Of a DNA stretch of 64,000 nucleotides, positions 48,616 through 56,590 are shown one piece after another. The translations under genes were made by a program, and so were the position numbers. Under the pieces are notes generated by a model, which had not been told where the DNA came from, made no database searches, and saw only the letters and a program-made list of their open reading frames with translations. The stretch's first letter is position 1. Every line of letters starts with the position of its first letter. Origin of the DNA: an uncultured Cytophagia bacterium. Its GTDB lineage: Bacteria > Zhuqueibacterota > Zhuqueibacteria > Residuimicrobiales > Krinioviventaceae. The DNA lies in the NCBI GenBank assembly GCA_964399735.1, contig CAYNSO010000003.1, positions 51,970 to 115,969 on the forward strand, written 5' to 3'.

Positions 48616-49059
48616 ATGAAAGTAATATTAAAAAAAGATATTGATACTTTGGGTAATGCTGGAGACATTGTTGAAGTGAAACAAGGTTATGCCAGAAATT
48701 TCCTGATTCCCTCCAACATGGCTATTGCCGCCTCACCTTCAAACCTGCGATCTTTTAATGAAGAAAAAAAGTTGTTTGAAAGACGCGAACTGAAAGGCAA
48801 AAAAGAGGCCGAACTATTGGCTGCAAAACTGGATAAAGTATCCCTTACCGCTACTGTTCAGGTTGGTGAAGAAGATAAAGTGTTTGGCTCGGTAACAAAC
48901 CAGAATATTGCTGATATGCTAAAAGATCAGGGTTTTGACATCGACCGTAGAAAAATCCAGCTGGATGAACCTTTAAAAGCATTGGGAGTATACGATATTC
49001 CCGTAAAACTGCACCATGAAGTTGAAGCCAAAGTAAAAGTGTGGGTGGTGAGAGACTAG
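48616..49059 (+). CDS. rplI: 50S ribosomal protein L9
   Basis: MKVILKKDIDTLGNAGDIVEVKQGYARNFLIP is the canonical L9 N-terminus. ATG at 48616 is preceded by AGGAAAGG. The ORF track starts 18 nt further upstream. Confidence 0.9.
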   Translation: MKVILKKDIDTLGNAGDIVEVKQGYARNFLIPSNMAIAASPSNLRSFNEEKKLFERRELKGKKEAELLAAKLDKVSLTATVQVGEEDKVFGSVTNQNIADMLKDQGFDIDRRKIQLDEPLKALGVYDIPVKLHHEVEAKVKVWVVRD

Positions 49060-49336
49060 TTTTTACCGGCAATCAATCCCGGAATGTTTTTTTGATTGAT
49101 TGCCTTTCTGCCAGCAATTTGCATAAATTCTCATTGAAACAGGGGGAAGAGAACTCGTCAACAAACCGGCGCTTCCCTGATAATACTTGACTTTATCATT
49201 ATTAGCAACAGTTTATTATTCCCGTAAAATTACGTGTAAAAAGAGTTGATTTTAATAATCCAAACGATTATTTTATAATAACTAAAACTTGTTTGCCACT
49301 TGTTAAAATTAACTAATAACCAAGAGGGAAAAAAAA

Positions 49337-49528
49337 GTGGAAAGTACATTTCCGAAATGCCAAAAATGTAATAATGGAATACTGATTCCCTTGTCAGATT
49401 ACGGCAGAGATGGCGCGACGATCATGTACAAAGCATGGGTTTGCACAAATCCATCCTGTGGATTTAACATCAGAATTGATAACGGTGAAATCAGTCTGGG
49501 TAAAGAAATTAAAGAATCCACAAAATAG
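49337..49528 (+). CDS. Small zinc-ribbon protein (CxxC...CxxxxC), hypothetical
   Basis: 63 aa, GTG start preceded by AGAGGGA. Cys pairs CQKC and CTNPSC, about 30 residues apart. Follows a 277-nt leader/intergenic region. Confidence 0.35.
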   Translation: MESTFPKCQKCNNGILIPLSDYGRDGATIMYKAWVCTNPSCGFNIRIDNGEISLGKEIKESTK

Positions 49529-49564
49529 CGCGTTGACGGATTTTCCTGTATCGTAATTGTTGGT

Positions 49565-50539
49565 TTGTCTATTTTGAAACTGATTAAAAAAAATATCCTG
49601 TTTAAACAGGAATTAAGCTTTTGGAGGCGGCATAAAGTAAAAATTATTTCCACTCTTGTCGCCTTATTTGTCTGGTTTTTAATTGTATCAGGGGGTACTT
49701 TTGATTACAATGTGTCAATTCCAATTACCTGTACCAATACCGGGGATAGTTACATTGTTGTTAATAAATTACCAAAAAACGGCCGGGTTATTCTCCGGGG
49801 TCAGGGTATTCATTTAATGGTTTTTTCTTTATTTAAAGAGGGACGCTTAAATATTGAACCGCAATGGGAAGCCGGACAATCATTTATTTACCCTTCTGAA
49901 AAAGATGTAATATTGTATGGCAATGCGCTAAAGTTACAAATTGTAAAACTGACAGAACCGGATTCAATTGAATTACAGATCGAAAAACTGATTATACGCG
50001 AAGTTCCTGTAATAAATCAGGTTAATATCGTTCCCACAATTGGTCATACAATCGTTGGCGATATTATTATTGAACCGGATATTGCACTGATTAAAGGGCC
50101 AAAATCTATTGTTGATACAGTGAATTCTATATATACAAAAAAAGCCAAAGTTGAAAACATAAAATATCCCCTGCAAAAACAAATCGGCCTGATAAAACCA
50201 GCTATCCCCAATCTTGAACTGTTAAACAAGAATACTATGATAACCGCGGATATTCAAAAATTGATGGAGAAAAAAATAACCAATATCCCGGTTACGATTA
50301 TTAATCTTCCTCCCAATGTTTCCGCACTAATTATCCCATCACACATTTCCCTGGTAATACAAGGTGGTGCAAACCTGGTTTTTCCAGTAAACGAAAAAGA
50401 TATTGAAGCATATATCGATTATGCCAGGCAGCGCCCGTCCACTCAGCAGGATTTTCCAGCTTATATAAAACCAATTGCCGGGATTCGTTATCGCGATATT
50501 GAACCAAAACGCTTCAAGGTCATTCTTGAAAGAGAATAA
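49565..50539 (+). CDS. YbbR-like domain protein
   Basis: 324 aa, TTG start. N-terminal TM helix (IISTLVALFVWFLIV) followed by repeated beta-rich YbbR-like modules. No diadenylate cyclase gene is adjacent. Confidence 0.5.
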   Translation: MSILKLIKKNILFKQELSFWRRHKVKIISTLVALFVWFLIVSGGTFDYNVSIPITCTNTGDSYIVVNKLPKNGRVILRGQGIHLMVFSLFKEGRLNIEPQWEAGQSFIYPSEKDVILYGNALKLQIVKLTEPDSIELQIEKLIIREVPVINQVNIVPTIGHTIVGDIIIEPDIALIKGPKSIVDTVNSIYTKKAKVENIKYPLQKQIGLIKPAIPNLELLNKNTMITADIQKLMEKKITNIPVTIINLPPNVSALIIPSHISLVIQGGANLVFPVNEKDIEAYIDYARQRPSTQQDFPAYIKPIAGIRYRDIEPKRFKVILERE

Positions 50540-50552
50540 AGCTTGGAAAAAA

Positions 50553-51566
50553 ATGAACATATTAGGTATTGAAACATCCTGCGACGAAACAAGCGCAGCC
50601 GTGGTAAATGAACGCTCAATCCTTGCGAATATTATTGCCACACAAAGCATTCATCAAAAATATGGCGGCGTAGTACCGGAATATGCTTCGCGTGCTCATA
50701 TTGTCAAGCTGGCGCCAATTGTACAGGAAGCATTACAAACAGCCGGTGTAAACTATAAAGATTTGGATGGTCTGGCAGTTACTTATGGGCCGGGGCTGGC
50801 TGGCTCACTGCTGGCCGGGCTGTGCTTTTGCAAAGGACTGGCGCTCTCTTTAAATATTCCCTGGGTTGGAGTGAATCATATCGAAGGTCATATTGTTGCT
50901 GTTCATGCTAATGAACAAGAAATTGAATATCCGGCAATTTGTCTGGTGGCTTCCGGCGGGCATACTATTTTGATCCTTATCAAAGAACCCCTGCACTACC
51001 AGATACTGGGCAGAACAATAGATGATGCCGCTGGAGAGGCTTTTGATAAAATTGCAAAAATTCTGGGCCTTCCCTATCCGGGGGGGCCATCTATTGAAAA
51101 AGCAGCCGAAACAGGTAATGATAATGCAATCCGTTTTCCCCGCGCATTGATGGAAAACAATAATTATAATTTCAGTTTTAGTGGACTCAAAACCGCGGTT
51201 CTTTATCATGTGGAATCTTTACATAAATTGGGTAAAGAAATTCCTGTTGATGATATTTGCGCCAGTTTTCAAAAAGCGGTTATCGATGTGCTGGTACAAA
51301 AGAGTATGAATGCTGTAAAAGAATTCAAATGCAATTCACTGATTTTGGCAGGCGGGGTGGTACGCAACACACCACTACGGGAAAATTTCAGGGAACTTGC
51401 CAGGCAAGCTCAAGTTAACTTTTATGCACCGGCGCCGGAGCTCTGTACAGATAACGCGGCAATGATTGCCCGGGCTGGTTACATGCGCATGATGAAAAAC
51501 CAGCATTCTGATTTTTCGCTCGATGTTGTACCCAATTTATCATTTACCGACAGCGTCAATCAGTGA
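50553..51566 (+). CDS. tsaD: tRNA N6-adenosine threonylcarbamoyltransferase (Kae1/YgjD family)
   Basis: MNILGIETSCDETSAAVV..., HIEGH metal-binding motif (GVNHIEGHIVAVH). ATG at 50553. The ORF-track start at 50475 is an upstream in-frame extension. Confidence 0.9.
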   Translation: MNILGIETSCDETSAAVVNERSILANIIATQSIHQKYGGVVPEYASRAHIVKLAPIVQEALQTAGVNYKDLDGLAVTYGPGLAGSLLAGLCFCKGLALSLNIPWVGVNHIEGHIVAVHANEQEIEYPAICLVASGGHTILILIKEPLHYQILGRTIDDAAGEAFDKIAKILGLPYPGGPSIEKAAETGNDNAIRFPRALMENNNYNFSFSGLKTAVLYHVESLHKLGKEIPVDDICASFQKAVIDVLVQKSMNAVKEFKCNSLILAGGVVRNTPLRENFRELARQAQVNFYAPAPELCTDNAAMIARAGYMRMMKNQHSDFSLDVVPNLSFTDSVNQ

Positions 51567-51684
51567 CAATCATGAAATATGTAAATTCAGGTTTTTATCC
51601 TGGTGTAAAAATATTTATCCGGTAAAACAAGAAATTTTCTATTAAACAATAATCGCTATAACTCCTGGCAGGAACCAGACCAGT

Positions 51685-53853
51685 ATGTTATTTTTAACCA
51701 TATCACAGTTCCATATTGCTGCAAAAAGTGTTTTGCTTTTATTTGCATTTATTATTGCAGGTATTTTTTTTACCCTTTATATTTATCGTTTTACCATCCC
51801 CCCTGTTTCATTATTTTTGAAAAGAATAATGTCCGGTTTACGTATAATTGCTCTGCTCCTGCTGCTTTTTGTAATATTTGAACTATCAGTAAACCTGATA
51901 AAAACCCGCAAAGACAAACCCCAGGTTGCAATAGCAATTGATACTTCGGCCAGTATGGCGGTAAAAGACGAAACCGGCATTCGTGCCGAAATCATTAAAG
52001 AGGTTTTACAAAACCCTGCATTTGCATACCTGCAGAACAATTTTATTATGAATTATTACACTTTTTCCAATACAACTCTAACTCATAAACAAGCGGATTC
52101 TTTGTTCTTTTCCGGTGATGCAACCAATATTATTCAATGTTTGCAATTTATAAAAAAAGAATTTACAGAAAAAAATCTTGCTGCAATCATTATGCTTTCC
52201 GATGGAAATTATAACCGGGGTGGCAACCCGGTGCGAATAGCGGAGCAACTGGGTACGCCGGTTTTTACAGTTGGCCTGGGTTCCGCGGAACCGGTAAAAG
52301 ATTTAGCCATTATCGAAGTTGAAAACAATTCGTTTTGTTATCTCGATGAATCCACACCGGTAAATGTCACAATCCGTAACCGCGGTTACGGGGAAATCGG
52401 CCTGCCAATATCTCTGACTGTTAATGATGAACTGATTGAAACTCAAATGCACACCCTGCCGGCTTTATCCGAACTTGAAGCTACCTTTAACGTAACACCA
52501 AAAATAACCGGAATCAATAAACTGGTTATCAGTATACCGGTGCAAAAAAATGAATTAATCGAACAAAATAACAGCCGCACAATATATATTGATGTTTTAA
52601 AATCCAGACTTTATATTCAGATTTATGCAGGTAGTCTGTCGCCTGATATTTCATTCCTGAAAAACAGTATTCTGTCGTCAAAACGATACTCTGTCGGTCT
52701 TTTAGTTGAAAAACCGGGCGGCGGTTTTTACAATTATGATAATGACACACAAGATACAGATATAATAATATTTATAGATTTTCCTACAGCTGTTACAGAC
52801 CAGGCGACTTTGACCCGGCTACTAGACGCTATGGAGACAAATGCGACTCCACTCTGGGTGATTACCGGAAAAAACATCAACCTGAAAAAATTATCCGCAT
52901 TTGAAAACTGGCTACCCTTTAAATGTAACGCCAATTACATAAATGAAACTCAAATTTATGCAGAACCCGGAGAAATTGGAAAAAACCATCCCATTCTTCA
53001 GCCGGCAATGCAAACATCAACCTGGATCTCAGCCTGGTTAAAATTGCCGCCAATATATACAATTCATCAGTTCCAACAATTCTGGCCTGAAACACAAACC
53101 CTGGTTAATGCAAGAACAACGTCAAGCCAACAGAACGCAAAAACCCCTGGTTCGCTTGTCGTCATTAGAACCAGGCAAATGCATAAATCTGCTGCAATTT
53201 TAGGGTATGGTTTATGGCGTTGGGAATTATTAATGAGGGGGGTCGGTGACGATAGCGATATTTATAATAATTTTATTAATAACATGTTACAATGGCTTGA
53301 AACAAAAAAAGAAACAAGCGCCTGGCAAATTAAAACCGATAAACAACATTATAATTTCGGGGAACCAATTAAAGTAACCGTAAATATAACAAAGCAGGCA
53401 TTGGCAATGGTAAATGAACCGGAATTAACCCTGTTACTCAACCATAAACAGGGTCAGGAATCTGTTACCGTATCCCGATCCGGTGATGACAGCTATTCAA
53501 ATGTTTTATACCTGGATAAAGCCGGCGATTACCAACTGACGCTTGATAGCGCCACAATGTCACATATTACCAATAAACCCGATGAAGCAGTGTTTAGCAT
53601 TGGTGAATATAGTGTTGAACTGAATAATACGCAATTACAAAAACCGACATTACAGGACCTGGCGCTCAATAGCGGTGGCAGATACGTTGAGCCGGACTCG
53701 GTAGCTTTACTGCAAAAAGTGATTCATGGCGCTACCAGAACCAGCGCCCAGGCCTGGAATAAGGAATTATGGAATGAAAAATATATTCTTTTTTTAATCA
53801 TCTTTTTATTAGCTCTGGAATGGTTTTTGCGTAAGAAAAAGGGAATGCTTTAA
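51685..53853 (+). CDS. Membrane-anchored vWA-domain protein with N-terminal double-TM anchor (BatA-like architecture, longer)
   Basis: 722 aa. Two N-terminal TM helices, MIDAS-like motif VAIAIDTSASMAV, large extracytoplasmic region, and a C-terminal TM helix (ILFLIIFLLALEWFL). Confidence 0.55.
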   Translation: MLFLTISQFHIAAKSVLLLFAFIIAGIFFTLYIYRFTIPPVSLFLKRIMSGLRIIALLLLLFVIFELSVNLIKTRKDKPQVAIAIDTSASMAVKDETGIRAEIIKEVLQNPAFAYLQNNFIMNYYTFSNTTLTHKQADSLFFSGDATNIIQCLQFIKKEFTEKNLAAIIMLSDGNYNRGGNPVRIAEQLGTPVFTVGLGSAEPVKDLAIIEVENNSFCYLDESTPVNVTIRNRGYGEIGLPISLTVNDELIETQMHTLPALSELEATFNVTPKITGINKLVISIPVQKNELIEQNNSRTIYIDVLKSRLYIQIYAGSLSPDISFLKNSILSSKRYSVGLLVEKPGGGFYNYDNDTQDTDIIIFIDFPTAVTDQATLTRLLDAMETNATPLWVITGKNINLKKLSAFENWLPFKCNANYINETQIYAEPGEIGKNHPILQPAMQTSTWISAWLKLPPIYTIHQFQQFWPETQTLVNARTTSSQQNAKTPGSLVVIRTRQMHKSAAILGYGLWRWELLMRGVGDDSDIYNNFINNMLQWLETKKETSAWQIKTDKQHYNFGEPIKVTVNITKQALAMVNEPELTLLLNHKQGQESVTVSRSGDDSYSNVLYLDKAGDYQLTLDSATMSHITNKPDEAVFSIGEYSVELNNTQLQKPTLQDLALNSGGRYVEPDSVALLQKVIHGATRTSAQAWNKELWNEKYILFLIIFLLALEWFLRKKKGML

Positions 53854-54015
53854 CTCATCAATCTCTAGTAATATCAACGCCAGAGCTAATCCGGGTTCTG
53901 GCAAAATAAATGTTGCAATTTTGCTTCACTTGTCATAAATTTAAGACTAATATGTAAAGTGTGCATTGACGTTTTTGCAATTGAGTATTTCTAATTTGAA
54001 TTCCGGTTATATAAA

Positions 54016-55053
54016 ATGAAAGGATATACTTTGAAAAAGACAACGTTATTGTTGATAGTAATGTATGTTATTATCCCCTTGCGTTCCTTTTCCCAGGTAT
54101 CATATTACGGTGGTAAAGGGCTATTGAGAATAATTGAAGCAGAGACAATTCATCCCGGAATTCTGGCTGTCAATGCTGTATATAACGGCTATGCCGCAGG
54201 AGACAACTATAATTTCAGTGAAGACCATTCCTTATATCTGGGGGCGACGGTTGGTATATCGGAACATTTTGAAATATTTTCACAATTAACGCCCTACCAG
54301 GATGATCAAAAACACACCTGGGGGCCAATTGGCGATTCCAAATTGTGTGTTAAATATCACATTCCCAATAACAGCACAATGGTAAAATTTGGAATTGTTG
54401 GTTATCTGAGTTTTCCAACTGCGGTAAACCACAATGTACCATTTGAATCGTACAGCAACGATGCAATGGGCTGGGCATTAATGAGTTTAACATCGTTCGA
54501 TTTGAAAAATGTCTCCTCCACCCTGCCCCTGAAATTGACTCTGAATTTGGGATATCGGGATCATAATTGGGGCGATCAATTCTTTTCTGCTCGCAAGGAT
54601 CAGTTAATAGGCGGGTTGGGATTTAAATTTCCAGTTCGTTCCAATCTGCTTTATTCTGAAATAACCGGTGAATATTTTATCAATAATACCGAAAATGTTA
54701 CCCCCAGTCAAAATTTTATTCGCTTTACCCAGGGTTATCGTTTTGTTGGCCCCTGGCATCTTATTTGTGACCTTGCCGCAGATATTGAACTGGGTGGTTA
54801 CAGACCAGATAAAAAAGATCTATACAAAGATTCCTACATTAAAGATTATGCCGACTGGAAAATTATATTCGGAGTTTCTTATCGTACCACACTGTTTGCA
54901 GGTAAAACCAAAGCAGAAAAACTTGAAGAAGAAAAAGCTCGTTTGGAACAACAGGAACTCAATAAAATTCAGGACAAACGAGAAAAAGTAATAAAAGATT
55001 TGGAAGAATTAAGAAAGCAACTGGAACAGGAAAAAAAGCCAACTACGGATTAA
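54016..55053 (+). CDS. Secreted/outer-membrane protein with C-terminal coiled coil, hypothetical
   Basis: 345 aa. Signal peptide (LLLIVMYVIIPLRSFSQ), beta-rich body, and a C-terminal charged coiled coil (KAEKLEEEKARLEQQELNKIQDKREKVIKDLEELRKQLEQEKK). Confidence 0.4.
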   Translation: MKGYTLKKTTLLLIVMYVIIPLRSFSQVSYYGGKGLLRIIEAETIHPGILAVNAVYNGYAAGDNYNFSEDHSLYLGATVGISEHFEIFSQLTPYQDDQKHTWGPIGDSKLCVKYHIPNNSTMVKFGIVGYLSFPTAVNHNVPFESYSNDAMGWALMSLTSFDLKNVSSTLPLKLTLNLGYRDHNWGDQFFSARKDQLIGGLGFKFPVRSNLLYSEITGEYFINNTENVTPSQNFIRFTQGYRFVGPWHLICDLAADIELGGYRPDKKDLYKDSYIKDYADWKIIFGVSYRTTLFAGKTKAEKLEEEKARLEQQELNKIQDKREKVIKDLEELRKQLEQEKKPTTD

Positions 55054-55147
55054 ATTTTTTACGTAAACCCTATGTTTTGTTGTATAATTTAATAATAAAA
55101 AGAGTGAAATATGTGGTGTTTTTTCAGCAGCGCCGGGAAAATACCGA

Positions 55148-56590
55148 TTGATAATTATTATAAAGCTGTACAGACCAAGAATGAATTTTTTGATGCAAAA
55201 TCTTGCAATACCTGAAAAAAAGCAATTTAACATCAGGGCGATTTTTATCGTCCTCTTGTTTTTTATATTACAATCATATTCTTTAGCTATACCCCCGGTT
55301 GACTCACCGACTAAACAGCTAAGCCCACGGCAGTATGATGAACTTGAAAAAGCCTCGGCAAAACTACATTCAGAAGCTCAGCAATTGTTTGATAATGGTA
55401 ATTACTGGGAAAGCGCCCGCAATCTGATCATTTTACTCGATTTTAATAATAGCTATTCAAAAATTGATGAAGTGATTTTTACTCTGGGCGACTGTTTGTA
55501 TGAAATTGGTCTTAATGAGGGCTCCAAGAAAATATTCAAATACCTGGTAAAAAAATTCATATCCAGCGATCAACTTCCCCGCGCTTTGCTCGGGCTGCAA
55601 CGGATAGAATATGATAGTGAAAACCTGATAAAATGTATTGATTTTTATAAAGTGATCTCCAGAGGCAGTCCTCCCCAGGAGATTCTGGATTGTTCACGTT
55701 ATTATGCAGGTCTCAGTTTTTATAAACTGAATGATTACACAAATGCAATTGATATTTTATCACAAATTAATCGCTCGAATCCATATTATGCCTTTGGGCA
55801 GTACACATGCGGCTTGTCGTACCTGCGTTTGAAAAAAGTTCGCAAAGCCGTCGATACCATGAACGGGATATTGCGTATTGCTATTGTTAATGATGAAATG
55901 CGCAGCATTGTGGACGAGACTCACTTGACTTTGGGTTATATTTATTACGAACTCGGCTATTATGAACATTCCTGGCAGCAATTTAATTCTGTTTCGTCAA
56001 ATCATACCAATTATCGCGATGCCTTGTTATCCGCCGGGTGGGCTGCAACCAAACTGCAAGATTATGAGCGGGCTATCAATCCATTAACACAATTGGTTAG
56101 TTTTAAAGAAGAAGATGAAAAAACCCAGGAAGGGTTCTTTTTACTTGGTCAATGTTATTTAAAATTAGGGCTGTATGACGATGCCCTTAAAATATACGAG
56201 TTTCTGGTTAACATACTACCCAAAAGAGAACTGGTGCCCGTCATAATTCAGCAAGTTGGTGGTGGTATTGCCCAGGAAGAGAAAAAAATTGAAAAAATAA
56301 AAATGGATTTACTGGTTCTGGAAACAAAATTATTAAACCTGATTCAGCTAAACCCCGATATGGACACCCCGGCATACCTGCAGAAAGAAAAATCAGAGAT
56401 TACGACAACACGGAACAATTTGTTAACTCAAATTCAATCAGAACGTAAATCGTTCGAACAGTTCTCCGGTCAAATTAAAGAGATGAAAGAAAAAATTCAA
56501 ATCAGAAAAGAACGGCAGGACTGGAGAGCTTTTGCTGAATATGGTAAATCACGAGCTATGTTTTTAAAAAGAACTGAAACACAAAATTAA
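55148..56590 (+). CDS. TPR-repeat protein with C-terminal coiled coil
   Basis: 480 aa. N-terminal signal/TM, multiple TPR-like repeats (YYAGLSFYKLNDYTNAIDIL, GYIYYELGYYEHSWQQF, LGQCYLKLGLYDDALKIY). The start is possibly Met at 55181. Confidence 0.65.
   Translation: MIIIIKLYRPRMNFLMQNLAIPEKKQFNIRAIFIVLLFFILQSYSLAIPPVDSPTKQLSPRQYDELEKASAKLHSEAQQLFDNGNYWESARNLIILLDFNNSYSKIDEVIFTLGDCLYEIGLNEGSKKIFKYLVKKFISSDQLPRALLGLQRIEYDSENLIKCIDFYKVISRGSPPQEILDCSRYYAGLSFYKLNDYTNAIDILSQINRSNPYYAFGQYTCGLSYLRLKKVRKAVDTMNGILRIAIVNDEMRSIVDETHLTLGYIYYELGYYEHSWQQFNSVSSNHTNYRDALLSAGWAATKLQDYERAINPLTQLVSFKEEDEKTQEGFFLLGQCYLKLGLYDDALKIYEFLVNILPKRELVPVIIQQVGGGIAQEEKKIEKIKMDLLVLETKLLNLIQLNPDMDTPAYLQKEKSEITTTRNNLLTQIQSERKSFEQFSGQIKEMKEKIQIRKERQDWRAFAEYGKSRAMFLKRTETQN

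Noticed and set aside
49068-49104. 11-bp inverted repeat after rplI as a rho-independent terminator
   Set aside because: The T run lies inside the 15-nt loop rather than after the stem. It is not a canonical intrinsic terminator and is kept only as a possible RNA structure (see the leader finding).
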